Shown: positions 10,059-20,943, counted from the first letter of the stretch. The stretch: DNA of 64,000 nucleotides from Planctomycetales bacterium (GCA_037441675.1 JBBIRS010000005.1:75648-139647); one strand, 5' to 3'. The notes: generated from the sequence alone by a model not told the origin. Made by a program: numbers and translations.

Positions 10059-11267
10059 ATGATTAAGTCATTGGATAATTATAGGCTACTACCGTTTGTC
10101 CAACTTATGCCCATCTTCATTCTAATTTCAGTTGGAGTGATTCTCTTTGGCGTTTTCTTTGCTGTGAAGAACAAACGGGAGATTGGCAATCCATTGTTTC
10201 TCGGCATTGATTTTACGGGAGGTAGCTTTATAGCGCTTAAGCTTGGCGAGCCTGGCAATTCTCTAGAGATAAGTGAAATTGCCAAGAAATACAGTGTTGG
10301 CGAGCCTATCGTTCAGCTAAGAGGTGCAGACCCAAGAGAGGTTGAAATCCGCATGAACATTGATACTAGAGCAGCAAAGTCGGAGGAAGAAGCTAGCCAA
10401 ATGCGAGTTGAGAAGTATGAGCTGATGAAGAAGGAGATTGGTGATAAGTTCGGTGGTTCTGACAAGCTGGAGGAAGTATCCTTTGACTATGTAGGTCCAG
10501 TGGTTGGAAGGGAGCTGATTCAAAAGGCAATATATAGCCTCATTTTAGGCTCGCTAGCGATAATGGTCTACATCTTTATCCGTTTCAATCGTCTTGCCTT
10601 CGCTATCGGGGCTGTGGTGGCACTAATCCACGACGTTTTTATCACTCTTGCTGGAACCGCCTTCGCCCGGCTTGAGGTCAACGCCTTTTACATCGCAGTA
10701 ATTCTGACTATTATTGGTTATTCAATCAACGACACTATCATCATTTACGATAGGATTCGTGAAAATCTGAAGAACTACCCACAGCTAAACTTCCCGACTA
10801 TCATAAATTTAAGCATAACTCAGACCTTGACACGTTCTATAAATACGGTACTTACGGTTATATTCGTTTTGGTTGGACTTCTTTTCTTTGGCGGAAGGAG
10901 CGTTTACGATTTTGCGATGGCGATGTTATTTGGAATGGTAAGTGGCGCTTATTCATCCATCTTTATTGCCGCCCCAATCGTGCTCTTGTTTTCTAGGGAG
11001 AGGAAGCGGTTAAGGATTCCATCCAGAATTAACTTAGTTTTAGCTCAAGAGCAGGCGGTATTGCGAGAGTGGGAGGAGGAAGCTCCGATTGGTGAAACTC
11101 CTCAAACAATTACGGCAAAATCTCCTCAAGCGGAGCAGAAAGTAAAAGTAGAAGCAACTCCACAAGGCACGCCAGCCGCAACATCACAAACATCTTTAGC
11201 CACGTCAACCGTGACCGCAGAGAAAAAGCTCTCCAAAAAAGCTAAGAAAAAGGCAAGAAGAAGATAA
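10059..11267 (+). CDS. secF: Protein translocase subunit SecF with a long low-complexity, basic C-terminal tail
   Basis: GIDFTGG, VGPVVG, HDV, GYSINDTIIIYDRIRE and QTLTRSINT. Confidence 0.96.
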   Translation: MIKSLDNYRLLPFVQLMPIFILISVGVILFGVFFAVKNKREIGNPLFLGIDFTGGSFIALKLGEPGNSLEISEIAKKYSVGEPIVQLRGADPREVEIRMNIDTRAAKSEEEASQMRVEKYELMKKEIGDKFGGSDKLEEVSFDYVGPVVGRELIQKAIYSLILGSLAIMVYIFIRFNRLAFAIGAVVALIHDVFITLAGTAFARLEVNAFYIAVILTIIGYSINDTIIIYDRIRENLKNYPQLNFPTIINLSITQTLTRSINTVLTVIFVLVGLLFFGGRSVYDFAMAMLFGMVSGAYSSIFIAAPIVLLFSRERKRLRIPSRINLVLAQEQAVLREWEEEAPIGETPQTITAKSPQAEQKVKVEATPQGTPAATSQTSLATSTVTAEKKLSKKAKKKARRR

Positions 11268-11273
11268 TACGAA

Positions 11274-12980
11274 ATGCAAGTAACCTTGCGTTCACAGAAT
11301 TACTCGCTAGCAAAAGGGCTAGAGATTACATACGGGATAAAACCAATTCTTGCAAGATTACTATCAGCTCGCCATGAGGATTTCCCCTCGGAGACAAACC
11401 TGCGGGCACAGCTAGGTAATAGCTCTCCCAAGGGGATAGCTACCGCGAGGGATTTTCCGCACTTTGTTGAGCTAATCCAAATTGCTCAGAAGAAAGAGTT
11501 ACCAATTCTAATCTTCGGAGATTACGATGTGGACGGCATTCTCTCAACATACATAATTTACCGTTTGCTTTCCAACCTTAAAATTACCGCAAATTACTTT
11601 CTTCCTTCTCGTTTTAATGAGGGTTACGGACTTAGTTCTCGGATAGTGACGCAGGCTAAAGAAAAGGGTTATCAGGTCATATTTGCTCTTGATTGCGGAA
11701 CAACCAACTTTGATGAGGTTGAGCTTGCAAGTAGCTTAGGAATGCAAGTATTTATCCTTGATCACCATATTCCCGCATCCGATACATCTCTTTTGAAATA
11801 TAAAGATGCAAAGATAATAAACCCACACCTTGAACAGGGCATATCTCCATTTTCATCCACCGGACTAGCATACTGTTTTGCGCTTGCGGTATGGGAGGCG
11901 TTGGGTAGCTACGATAGTGAATATTTTGATGATTTTCTTGAGCTTGTTGTGATTGCGACAGTTGCGGATGTTGTTCCGATAATTGGGGACAATTTTCTTC
12001 TATGTAATAAAGGTTGGACAAGGCTTCTTACGACGAAGAATATTGGCCTTAGGACGCTCATTGAAATGCTAGGTCTTATGGGCAATGAGGTGCTGACTTA
12101 CCGGGATGTGGGTTTTTCCATTGCGCCGGCAATAAATGCCGCAGGTAGGCTCTCGCACGCGCGTCTCGCACTGGAACTTTTCTTATCTGCCAATGAAACC
12201 CAGGCTCGAAATCTATCTGGGACAATAATTAAGCTGAATAGAGCAAGAAGAGAATTGCAGGACAGGCTTTTTTACGAGGCTGCGCGTCAGTGTGAAACGT
12301 TTAAGGATTTCCCCATTCTTGTGCTCTATGACCCTAACTGGAATCAAGGCATTACAGGCGTTGTCGCAGCTAGAATTGCTGAGACCTTCAAAAAGCCGAC
12401 CTTGATTTTTAATAATGCAGGTGAGGAGGGTCAAGCGATATTTAGCGGTCGTTCTGTTGAGGGTATTGACCTTTTAGAAACGCTCTCTTTTGTGCGAGGC
12501 TTGTTCACCAAGATTGGTGGTCATTCCAAGGCAGTAGGCGGAATGATAAAGATAGAAAATTTACCTACTCTCCGTCAAAGCCTCAGGGAGGTAAATCTTG
12601 TTACCACAGATGCTAAGGAAAGCGTCACTCTTTGCGATTGCGACTGTTCGGTGAGAGAGCTTTTGGAGCTTGAAGCTGGGGATATTCTTCAAATGTACCC
12701 ATTTGGTGAAGGCTATCCGCCACCAAGATTTCTTGTCCGTTCTGCGAAATTACTTAATAAGAATCTTGCTGGCCAGGATTCAACTCATCTTCTTTTAGCT
12801 ATCACGGATGGTGAAGCTAAGGAACAGCTTAGGTTGGTGGGATTCAACCGAAGTCACTTTTATTCTCAGCTTAATTGTGCGGATGTCTATGATTTCGCTG
12901 TGGAGGTTGAGCTTGATAACTATGGTGGAAAGGCGAAACCATTCTTTCGCTTCCTTGATTTTCTTTCCTCAACAAAGTGA
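11274..12980 (+). CDS. recJ: Single-stranded DNA exonuclease RecJ (DHH family)
   Basis: GDYDVDG, EGYG, LDCG, DHH, TVADVVP, INAAGR, SGRS and GGH motifs; conserved position between secF and rel. Confidence 0.9.
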   Translation: MQVTLRSQNYSLAKGLEITYGIKPILARLLSARHEDFPSETNLRAQLGNSSPKGIATARDFPHFVELIQIAQKKELPILIFGDYDVDGILSTYIIYRLLSNLKITANYFLPSRFNEGYGLSSRIVTQAKEKGYQVIFALDCGTTNFDEVELASSLGMQVFILDHHIPASDTSLLKYKDAKIINPHLEQGISPFSSTGLAYCFALAVWEALGSYDSEYFDDFLELVVIATVADVVPIIGDNFLLCNKGWTRLLTTKNIGLRTLIEMLGLMGNEVLTYRDVGFSIAPAINAAGRLSHARLALELFLSANETQARNLSGTIIKLNRARRELQDRLFYEAARQCETFKDFPILVLYDPNWNQGITGVVAARIAETFKKPTLIFNNAGEEGQAIFSGRSVEGIDLLETLSFVRGLFTKIGGHSKAVGGMIKIENLPTLRQSLREVNLVTTDAKESVTLCDCDCSVRELLELEAGDILQMYPFGEGYPPPRFLVRSAKLLNKNLAGQDSTHLLLAITDGEAKEQLRLVGFNRSHFYSQLNCADVYDFAVEVELDNYGGKAKPFFRFLDFLSSTK

Positions 12981-13063
12981 GAAACCCTTCCGCAGGCTCG
13001 TTTATTGAAAGGGGCCTTATCCCTTATCTTCGACGCAAGATTTCCACAATCGGGATATAATAT

Positions 13064-15364
13064 TTGTTAAAAATGGCTAAACTAAGAACAGAAGTAGCGC
13101 AAAAGCATCCTGAAGTTGAAAGTCTCTACGAGCGGCTGAAAAGCAAGCTGGCGGAGAACAGCTCCGGCTTTGATCCATCGCTTCTTGATACAGCTTTTAA
13201 CACCGCCCTATCCGCTCACAGAAATCAATTTCGTGAAAGCGGTGAACCTTACATTACGCATCCGCTTGAGGTAGCGATAATATGCGCAGATCTCAATATG
13301 GATTTTGAATCTGTAATAGCAGCTTTGCTTCACGACACAGTTGAGGATACTCCAATAAGGCTGACGCAAATTGAGCATAGATTCGGCTCTGAAGTTGCTA
13401 GAAAGGTTGACGCCCTGACGAAGATAAGAAAGATTGATCTATTTGCCAGGTTTACCGGTCGGACTATGAGCGATGAGCAGGCGCGCAACCTGCAAAAGTT
13501 ATTCCTAGCAATGGCTCAGGATTTCTCCGTCCTCGTAATCAAAATTGCGGATAGACTTCACAATTTGCGAACTATGGAGGCTTTTTCAGCAGAGCATATT
13601 CGCAGAAAGTCAATGGAGACAATGGATTACTACGTTCCGCTTGCTAGAAGGCTTGGACTTCACGAGGTCGCAACTGAGATGGAGGAGTTGTGCTTCAAGT
13701 ATCTTTATCCGAAAGAGTATGAATGGATGTGTAAAAGGTTAGAGGAATTTTACAAGTCCAAGAGCGCAACTTTTGAGCGAATTATTAAGAATATAGAGAA
13801 GGTTCTCAAAGAGGGTGGGGTAAAGGTTATCAAGTGCTTTGGAAGGCTTAAGAGCGCATACTCCACGTGGAAAAAGTTATCCACCCAAAGAGTTCCCCTT
13901 GAACATATTCATGACCTTGTCGCGATAAGGGTGATTATAGAGAAGGATGAAATTGACTGCTACCGTGCCCTTGGGCTTATACATAGCATATATAGGCCAA
14001 TATTCAACAGATTCCGCGACTACATTGCTGCGCCTAAGAGCAACGGCTATCAAAGCTTGCATACTGTAATTGCGGGCGAGGAAGGTCAGATTACCGAGGT
14101 TCAGATACGCACCGAATGGATGGATAACGTGGCGGAGCATGGCGTTGCCGCTCACTGGAAGTATAAGGGGCGATTTGAACACGCACGGCTCAGGGAGACT
14201 TTCTCTTGGTTCAAGTTTATTGAGGAGCTGAGTCAGGATGTTGAGAGCTCCGAGGAGTTTGTGGCTAAAACAAGGGAGTCCCTCTCCAAGGATGAAGTTT
14301 TGGTTCTAACTCCACAGGGAGAAGTGGTTTCCCTGCCTGCTGGGTCAACTCCTTTGGATTTTGCTTATTACATCCACACCGAATTGGGTCACTCAACCGC
14401 TAGCGCGAAAGTTAATGGCGCTGTTGTTCCACTTGACTATGAACTTAGAACTGGTGATGTTGTTGAAGTTATAAAGAACGAGGATGGCAGACTGGCTCCT
14501 CGTCCTGAGTGGCTTAATATTGTGAGGAGTCCAAAGTCTGTTCTTAAGATAAAAAGATGGTTTCGGACTAGACCCAGAAGGGAAAGAATTGAGGTAGGAA
14601 GGTTACTTCTCCGAAGCCAAATTGAAAAGGAAGGGCTTTATCCCTTGAACCTAATGGATAATACGCGTCTCCTTTCACTGGTTAAAACTCTTGGCATAAG
14701 AAACATTGATGACCTTTTTGATGAGATAGCTGCTGGTAAATTGATGGCTTCTGATGTTGTTGACAAGTTGAAATCTAGTTACATAGATATGCTTCGAAAG
14801 CAGGAGAAGCGTCCTCCCACGCTTAAAGCTCGAGATTCAAAGTATCTCATTGTCCATGCGCCGGTGGGAATTGCCTCGGACTTTGGCATTGTTCAGCCTC
14901 ATGGTAAACCACTTAGACGCAAGATTGAGCTAATGACTTGTTGCACTCCCATAGAGGGAGATGAAATCATCGGGATAAATAATCGGGAAAAGCATCGGGT
15001 TGAAGTCCATCGCAAGGGTTGCTTTGCTTCCTCTTCCGCTCTAGCAAGCGAGATAATTCCCGTAGAGTGGCAGAGAGATAAAAGTGATCTTCACTATCCT
15101 GCGGTAATTTATGTAATCTCGCTGAATCGCGTTGGACTTTTGTTTGACGTTTTAGGTGAACTTTCTAACGCTGGGGTTAACCTTGCGGGGGGCAATCTTA
15201 GCCTTAAACCATCCATCACCCACGAGGATCAGGTTGCTGAGTTTGAACTCGTAATTGAGGTTATCAATACGGAGCAGTTGGGCAATGTCATCAAGGCTAT
15301 TAGCGGTGTAAAAGACGTAATCTCGGTGGGCAGGGTTTTCCAAGCATACTCTAACAACAATTGA
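13064..15364 (+). CDS. rel: Bifunctional (p)ppGpp synthetase/hydrolase (long RSH; HD, synthetase, TGS and ACT domains)
   Basis: RESGEPYITHP, HDTVED, KIADRLHN, NGYQSLHT, EVQIRT, AAHWKYK and TGS DFAYYIHT; the true start may be the ATG at 13073. Confidence 0.95.
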   Translation: MLKMAKLRTEVAQKHPEVESLYERLKSKLAENSSGFDPSLLDTAFNTALSAHRNQFRESGEPYITHPLEVAIICADLNMDFESVIAALLHDTVEDTPIRLTQIEHRFGSEVARKVDALTKIRKIDLFARFTGRTMSDEQARNLQKLFLAMAQDFSVLVIKIADRLHNLRTMEAFSAEHIRRKSMETMDYYVPLARRLGLHEVATEMEELCFKYLYPKEYEWMCKRLEEFYKSKSATFERIIKNIEKVLKEGGVKVIKCFGRLKSAYSTWKKLSTQRVPLEHIHDLVAIRVIIEKDEIDCYRALGLIHSIYRPIFNRFRDYIAAPKSNGYQSLHTVIAGEEGQITEVQIRTEWMDNVAEHGVAAHWKYKGRFEHARLRETFSWFKFIEELSQDVESSEEFVAKTRESLSKDEVLVLTPQGEVVSLPAGSTPLDFAYYIHTELGHSTASAKVNGAVVPLDYELRTGDVVEVIKNEDGRLAPRPEWLNIVRSPKSVLKIKRWFRTRPRRERIEVGRLLLRSQIEKEGLYPLNLMDNTRLLSLVKTLGIRNIDDLFDEIAAGKLMASDVVDKLKSSYIDMLRKQEKRPPTLKARDSKYLIVHAPVGIASDFGIVQPHGKPLRRKIELMTCCTPIEGDEIIGINNREKHRVEVHRKGCFASSSALASEIIPVEWQRDKSDLHYPAVIYVISLNRVGLLFDVLGELSNAGVNLAGGNLSLKPSITHEDQVAEFELVIEVINTEQLGNVIKAISGVKDVISVGRVFQAYSNNN

Positions 15365-15386
15365 GATCCCAAAGTGAGGATAATTT

Positions 15387-15836
15387 ATGCGAGCAGTGGT
15401 GCAAAGGGTTTCTTCTGCCTCGGTTAGGGTAAATGGTGAAGACTTCTCGGAAATTGAGCAGGGTTTGCTCGTTCTCTGTGGAGTGTTTGGTTATGACAAT
15501 GATGAAGATACGGAATGGATGGCGAGAAGGATTGCCAATCTGAGGGTTTTTTCAGACGAGGCGGGGAAAATGAATCTTTCGCCGATTGACGTTAACGCAG
15601 AAGTATTGCTTGTATCTCAATTTACCCTATGCGCGGATATAAGGAAGGGCAATAGACCTTCATGCATTGATGCAATGGAGCCTGAGAGGGCAAAAAAAAT
15701 TATTGAGGAACTAGCGTCGCGGATAAGTGGTTATGGGCTATCGGTAAAGATGGGGCAATTCGGCGCACTTATGAAAGTGTCTTTAGTTAATGATGGGCCT
15801 GTGACGATTCTTCTGGACTCAAGGCTCTTTAGATAA
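15387..15836 (+). CDS. dtd: D-aminoacyl-tRNA deacylase
   Basis: MRAVVQRV, SQFTL and NDGPVT; lies downstream of rel. Confidence 0.96.
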   Translation: MRAVVQRVSSASVRVNGEDFSEIEQGLLVLCGVFGYDNDEDTEWMARRIANLRVFSDEAGKMNLSPIDVNAEVLLVSQFTLCADIRKGNRPSCIDAMEPERAKKIIEELASRISGYGLSVKMGQFGALMKVSLVNDGPVTILLDSRLFR

Positions 15837-15997
15837 ACATTTTACGGAGCTTTAAGTAATCTTAGTGGCTAAAATAAACCTTAAGAGAAGCGGGCTAAAC
15901 TTTAAGAAAAGTATGTTTAGAGGCGATTAACGAAGAGTATCAATATTATCCGTGTAAGATGGCATAATCCTCAGGCAAAAACTAAACAGTTTCTTCA

Positions 15998-17041
15998 CTA
16001 CCACAAGAGCCTTTTGTTGTGTTCGTAAGCGTCCAAAAAGGCAAAGCGGAGCAATTTTACGGCTTTTTCCATTTCCGCCGTGGTGGAATACGGGATGCGT
16101 GTAAAGCCCTGAAATTGATGCTTGTTCCAGGTTTCTTGCCTTTTAGCGAGTTGTCTAGTGGCAATTACAACGCGCTCTTCAGCTTCCTCAATGCTCATTT
16201 TCCCCTTCAAGTATTCAACAACCTCTGCATAGCCAATACCGGATAGGGCTTGAGAATCTTCTTTAACTCCTAGGGCAAGAAGCTCTCTCACCTCTTCCAC
16301 CAATCCCTCTGCAAACATTTTTCTTACTCTTTCTCTGATTCTTTGCCAAAGAAGATTCCTTTCCACTTCTAGGGTAAATCCAACCACATTAAAACTCGGA
16401 GTTTCCTCTGATTCCCTTTCCTCCATTTTTGCGACTTCTTTCAACTTGATTATTTCATCAAAGATTTGTGAGCAGTTAAGCTCGGCGAGAGTGCTTCTAA
16501 GTTCAGATTCATCCATACTGATTAGAGATTTCTCAATGAATCTAATCATTCTAGTTGGGTTGTATATGTCGATTTCCTTTTCTGCGTTCTTAAAGATTGA
16601 AGTAAGCTCTGGAAGGAGGCTAAGGTAACCGACTTCTGCGAAAATTTCGTTCAGATGTTTTCTCAATCCTTCTATTGGGGGAGATTTTCCAAACTCATAT
16701 GAATACGCTATGCTTGCAAGGTAAAGCCCAGTTCCGCCTTCCAAGACTGGTAGCTTTTTCCTACCTAGAATATCGAAAATTTTTTTCATTGCTAACTTAC
16801 TAAACTGTTCAACGGAAAAGCTCTCCGTAGGTTCAACGATGTCAATAAGGTGAAAGGCAACCTTTTCGCGCTCACTTTTTGTTGGTTTAGCGGTGCCGAT
16901 GTCAAGCTTTTTGTAGATGTTTCTAGAATCGCAGGAAATAACTTCAAGGGGGCAAAATTCAGAAAGTGTTATAACAAGGTTGGTCTTGCCAGAAGCGGTT
17001 GGGCCAGTAATTGCGCTGATTCTTGGTTTTTCTACCCCCAT
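15998..17041 (-). CDS. miaA: tRNA dimethylallyltransferase
   Basis: GPTASGKT, DS..IY..LDIGTAKP, GGTGLY, IGYAE and TRQLAKRQETW. Confidence 0.93.
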   Translation of the reverse strand: MGVEKPRISAITGPTASGKTNLVITLSEFCPLEVISCDSRNIYKKLDIGTAKPTKSEREKVAFHLIDIVEPTESFSVEQFSKLAMKKIFDILGRKKLPVLEGGTGLYLASIAYSYEFGKSPPIEGLRKHLNEIFAEVGYLSLLPELTSIFKNAEKEIDIYNPTRMIRFIEKSLISMDESELRSTLAELNCSQIFDEIIKLKEVAKMEERESEETPSFNVVGFTLEVERNLLWQRIRERVRKMFAEGLVEEVRELLALGVKEDSQALSGIGYAEVVEYLKGKMSIEEAEERVVIATRQLAKRQETWNKHQFQGFTRIPYSTTAEMEKAVKLLRFAFLDAYEHNKRLLW

Positions 17042-17049
17042 CTGAACTC

Positions 17050-17925
17050 CTAGAAGTATAGATTAACAAAATGTGCCGCCCAGAGGACTAACTTCGCAGT
17101 AAAAATTATTATAAACTGAGCAAGTATTGTCCCTAAAAATTTAGCTAGGGCTAGGTATAGATTCATAGCTTTGGAATGCTCAACGGGTCTTTTGTTGTTT
17201 ATGCACTGATCAGTCACAAGGGCTGCAGTAGGATCCACGAGAATGAATAGGAGAATTGTTGCAATTCCGTTGACTATTCCTGAAAGATTCACAGCGGTAG
17301 CTCTTAGGGTTGGCTCTAAAGCTGCTGCGTAAATCGTTGAAAGCACACCAACAGTATAAAAAGCTGTTACGAGTACTTGGAGTACCAAGAATTCTGCAGG
17401 CAAACTTTTAATGAGCGATAGGTAATACAAAACTCGCTTCGAAAAAGGGTTGGTAAAGCACTTAAACATCAAGAGCATTTCCCTTGGGTGAAGGAGAGCG
17501 ATAGCGGTTCTGGGTAAAGTTTTAACTTCCTCAAATATTGTAATCATTCGGGAGAAAATCTTGATGAAGGTTGGAGTAAGCAGGGCTCCGACCACAGTTC
17601 CTACGCTTGTGGCTAGAATTATTATTCTAATTTTAATAAGCAATTGATCCACGAGCTTAGTGTGAAGGTATGAATTCGGGACAACAGTTTTATCAACCAT
17701 ATTTCCAACGATGGGTGCTTGAATGAGGTTTGATATTCGCGCAAATATAACAATTAGATTGAAGAGAGCTAAGGCAACCGCTAATCGCTTGGTAACAGCA
17801 CCGGAGGTTCTTATTGATAGGGCAAGTGTATCAATTAGCGCCATTAAGCCGATGAGCAGGCAAACGGTTATAAGTGCTCTATCAAATAATGGTTGCATCA
17901 AGCTCAAATATCGGGTGGCTAACAT
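17050..17925 (-). CDS. Amj-like (DUF2837) lipid II flippase family membrane protein
   Basis: IDTLA.SIR.SG, SRxSN-like ARISNLIQAP, GVLS.IYA and LSGIVNGIATILL...VDP motifs. Confidence 0.8.
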   Translation of the reverse strand: MLATRYLSLMQPLFDRALITVCLLIGLMALIDTLALSIRTSGAVTKRLAVALALFNLIVIFARISNLIQAPIVGNMVDKTVVPNSYLHTKLVDQLLIKIRIIILATSVGTVVGALLTPTFIKIFSRMITIFEEVKTLPRTAIALLHPREMLLMFKCFTNPFSKRVLYYLSLIKSLPAEFLVLQVLVTAFYTVGVLSTIYAAALEPTLRATAVNLSGIVNGIATILLFILVDPTAALVTDQCINNKRPVEHSKAMNLYLALAKFLGTILAQFIIIFTAKLVLWAAHFVNLYF

Positions 17926-20186
17926 AAACCGGTGAATGAAACAGTTCTCTCTGGAGAGGATTTCAGAACTCCGACGAATCTGTACAGCTTTCTCTTCAGT
18001 TTGTTTTTACTGTTGGTGGTACCATCCCAGTATGCGGTGAAGGTTTTTTCCTCAGAAGGCTCGAGAGTGAAACTATGTTCCTTGCGCACGAAGTAACGGT
18101 TGTAAGAGAATCTATAGACCTCCTTTTCGCCATCATAAACGATAAAGTCGTAAAACTGCCCTGTGGGGAAGTTGAATATTTTGTAGCTGTCGCTTTGATT
18201 TTTTATTCTTAGGATGAATCTGTAAATAGGTGTTCCTTCAACGGTATCACTTTTAAGTTTAAGATAGTACTCCACGTCTTCTATAACCACGGAATTTTCT
18301 CCAAGTACAGCTTGCACGGTTGGGATTTCCACCGCTTTTGAAGGCTCAGTTTCACTAGGCGTTTCTTCCGGAATGCTAGGCTCGCCCGCGATGCCCACGT
18401 CAACTTCCTCCTCAACCGTTACTCCCATCTCTCCCTCTTCACTCTCTGAAGGTTCGGTTTGCTCTGGTGTGGGGACGCCTCTTTCTGTGGCTGTTTCCTC
18501 TTGAGTTATGCCTTCCTTAGGAGCAGCCTGCGCAGATCCAGCCTCTTTAGCTTGCGGCTCTTGTGTTGGCTCCTCCACTGTTTCTTGCGGGATTTCAACT
18601 GTTTCTGCTTCGCTTAACGGTGGTTCTGCATAATAGGTTATTCTTTCCTCTATTTTGTTGCCATACTCGCCTTTTTGAACGATAAAATCTTCAACAACTT
18701 TTCTGATTGGCGCTGATAAATCTACTTTAACGTCTGTTATCATGTTAATTGAGGTGAGGCCACTTTGCCCCTCTAGCATAGAATCCGCAAATGCAATTGT
18801 GTATATCGCATCCTTGTTTAATGGCTCTCCTCCAATTGTAATATCGTAAGCCTTGTTGCCAAATATGCCAAAACTTACGCCACTTACCTGAAGAAAGCCG
18901 GGGTTTCCCACCAGTGACGCAGATTGACTGAGTATAGTCTCCAGATTGGCGCCACTTACGTTTCCAGTCGCAAGAAATGCCTCTCCAGGGAATGCTCTAT
19001 ATATATCCCCCAAGGTGATTGGTCCCTTCTTTAGACCCTGTCTAAATAACAAGGAGCTAAGAATTGCAGCATCTGCCCCAACTCTTGCTCTTATCGCATC
19101 TGTGAACAGATCACCTAGTTCAGTTTCATAGGACATAACCTTCTTCAACTCCATATCGTTTGTAAGCTTTCCAACGACGTAATTCAGCTTATCCTCTAAA
19201 GACTGGCGATGATTCGCAATTTCCTGAAGGTATTTCGTGTTTTCCACCCATCTGCCGTCTAGGGGTATAAGGGTTTCATCAAAGAATCTAAGTTTATAGC
19301 CTGTATCCCGCTCTCCTTCAAAGGTGAGCTTGAGTAAGCCAACTTTTATACCCCACTTACCTGCTTGGACAATTAACGTGTTTCCTACTTTTATTGGAAC
19401 TGAAAATTCCGCTTCTTGTCCCCCGCTTACAATTACTGATATCTCTTCATGGGTGGAGGCGATACTGATGTTCTCTGAAAGTTGAAGGCCACTGACAAGA
19501 ATAATTGTGTCAGTTATTGATTTCAACTGAGGAATGAGCTCATTAAGCACAGTAAATGGGTCACGAAACTCCAGACCACTCAATTTATCTTGGGGATAGA
19601 ACTGCACAATTTCCCTGCTTGCAACTCCTATCAAGCCAACTCTGAACCCGTCAAAGTCAGCAATTTTGAATGGTTCATTCAAGTATTTGCCAGTGTCCTT
19701 CTCAATAATGTTGGCGCAAAGAAATGGGAATGAAGCTTCCGCCATTCTCTGTTTTAGTTTGTCAATGCCGAAAATAAAATCGTAAGGACCTATACCAGAA
19801 GCGTCATAACCGAGCCAGCCCATAAGCTTCACATCCAAGGCGCCCTCAAGATTGTAGGAGTGCGGTGTTAGTCCAAATATGTTGCCTGCATCAATTGTTA
19901 GCCAGTACAACTTTGTGTGTTTCCTCTTCTCGCCAAACAGAATCGCTCTCTTTGCGTATCCCCCAATGGGCTTTGAGCTTTGGTAATAGAAGGACTCAAT
20001 TCGCCCCTTTGTATCGTTCGTATGAAGAATCCCAATGTTTACCAACCTTGCAAAGACCCTTGCACTTAAAAAAAGAGATAAGAAAAGTGAAATGAAAAGA
20101 ATAACCCCAGACTTTCTTAAAAAAATTCTCCTAGGCATAATGCATTCCCATATCAGTAACAATTGAACTGAACGTAATTTTATCAT
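17919..20186 (-). CDS. Secreted 5'-nucleotidase-fold protein with degenerate metal ligands, an acidic linker and a C-terminal BsuPI-like domain
   Basis: ILHTND, DAG, FPFLCANI, IVQAG and FLQVSG scaffold; E/P/T-rich linker; C-terminal F.TGQ.YDFIV...EVYRFS....F; start probably ATG 20138. Confidence 0.75.
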   Translation of the reverse strand: MIKLRSVQLLLIWECIMPRRIFLRKSGVILFISLFLSLFLSARVFARLVNIGILHTNDTKGRIESFYYQSSKPIGGYAKRAILFGEKRKHTKLYWLTIDAGNIFGLTPHSYNLEGALDVKLMGWLGYDASGIGPYDFIFGIDKLKQRMAEASFPFLCANIIEKDTGKYLNEPFKIADFDGFRVGLIGVASREIVQFYPQDKLSGLEFRDPFTVLNELIPQLKSITDTIILVSGLQLSENISIASTHEEISVIVSGGQEAEFSVPIKVGNTLIVQAGKWGIKVGLLKLTFEGERDTGYKLRFFDETLIPLDGRWVENTKYLQEIANHRQSLEDKLNYVVGKLTNDMELKKVMSYETELGDLFTDAIRARVGADAAILSSLLFRQGLKKGPITLGDIYRAFPGEAFLATGNVSGANLETILSQSASLVGNPGFLQVSGVSFGIFGNKAYDITIGGEPLNKDAIYTIAFADSMLEGQSGLTSINMITDVKVDLSAPIRKVVEDFIVQKGEYGNKIEERITYYAEPPLSEAETVEIPQETVEEPTQEPQAKEAGSAQAAPKEGITQEETATERGVPTPEQTEPSESEEGEMGVTVEEEVDVGIAGEPSIPEETPSETEPSKAVEIPTVQAVLGENSVVIEDVEYYLKLKSDTVEGTPIYRFILRIKNQSDSYKIFNFPTGQFYDFIVYDGEKEVYRFSYNRYFVRKEHSFTLEPSEEKTFTAYWDGTTNSKNKLKRKLYRFVGVLKSSPERTVSFTGLC

Positions 20187-20258
20187 AGCGACGCTTTTGC
20201 CTTATACTAGAGCTTTAACTTATTCTAGCTTTTAAGCGATAATAACTTAGGTGATTTT

Positions 20259-20918
20259 ATGAAAGGCGATTTGTACTCTAGGTTAAAGTATTGGTGGGAC
20301 GAGATTGAAAAGGCTCAGTTCTCTCCGAATGAAGAAAACCTTAGGTGCAGACTTTATCTTCTGGATGCGGAGATTAGAAATGCCCTTAAAGGTAAACCAA
20401 GGGTTAACTACTTTTTAATACCATCCAAACTGGTTTTAGTGCTGAGTGTTGGCTTTGTTGGGCTTATTGCGATTTCCTATTTATACGTAGGAAGCGTGGT
20501 TAACACTCAAGTTACTCTTGGAAACCTCTCAACCGATAAAATGGTGACTGTTGATAGTACTAGTTCTTATCCTGCGCAGGACATGAAAGCACCAGCTGAA
20601 CTTCACCGCATCTCAGAAGAAGTCACTGCATCAGCTTCTATATCAACTCAACCTGAGTTAGTGATAAAAAACCGCGAGGTGAAGGGTAGCTCGGTTAGAA
20701 AGCCAATGAGGAAAAGGGAAGTTTCACAAACCGCTAAGCCGATTAAAGATACGTGCGTTTCTTCTTTTGAAGAATCAAGAAATTCATCATCAATAACTTC
20801 AGTAGAGAGGGAAGATACTTCACCTTCTCAAGTAACTTTACCTAATGCTTCACCAAAGGGGGCATTAGATCCAGTTACTCTCTTTGTTGCATTGGAGGAA
20901 GAATTAACTAAGGGTTAA
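20259..20918 (+). CDS. Hypothetical single-pass membrane protein upstream of bamA
   Basis: 219-aa ORF with an SD-like AGGTGA; one TM segment followed by an S/T-rich tail. Confidence 0.65.
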   Translation: MKGDLYSRLKYWWDEIEKAQFSPNEENLRCRLYLLDAEIRNALKGKPRVNYFLIPSKLVLVLSVGFVGLIAISYLYVGSVVNTQVTLGNLSTDKMVTVDSTSSYPAQDMKAPAELHRISEEVTASASISTQPELVIKNREVKGSSVRKPMRKREVSQTAKPIKDTCVSSFEESRNSSSITSVEREDTSPSQVTLPNASPKGALDPVTLFVALEEELTKG

Positions 20919-20943
20919 CCGATACTGGTATAATCTTTGAACC

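Noticed and set aside
12981..13063. Missing apt between recJ and rel
   Set aside because: Loss or relocation of apt from this conserved cluster is common, and no remnant is visible in the 83-nt gap
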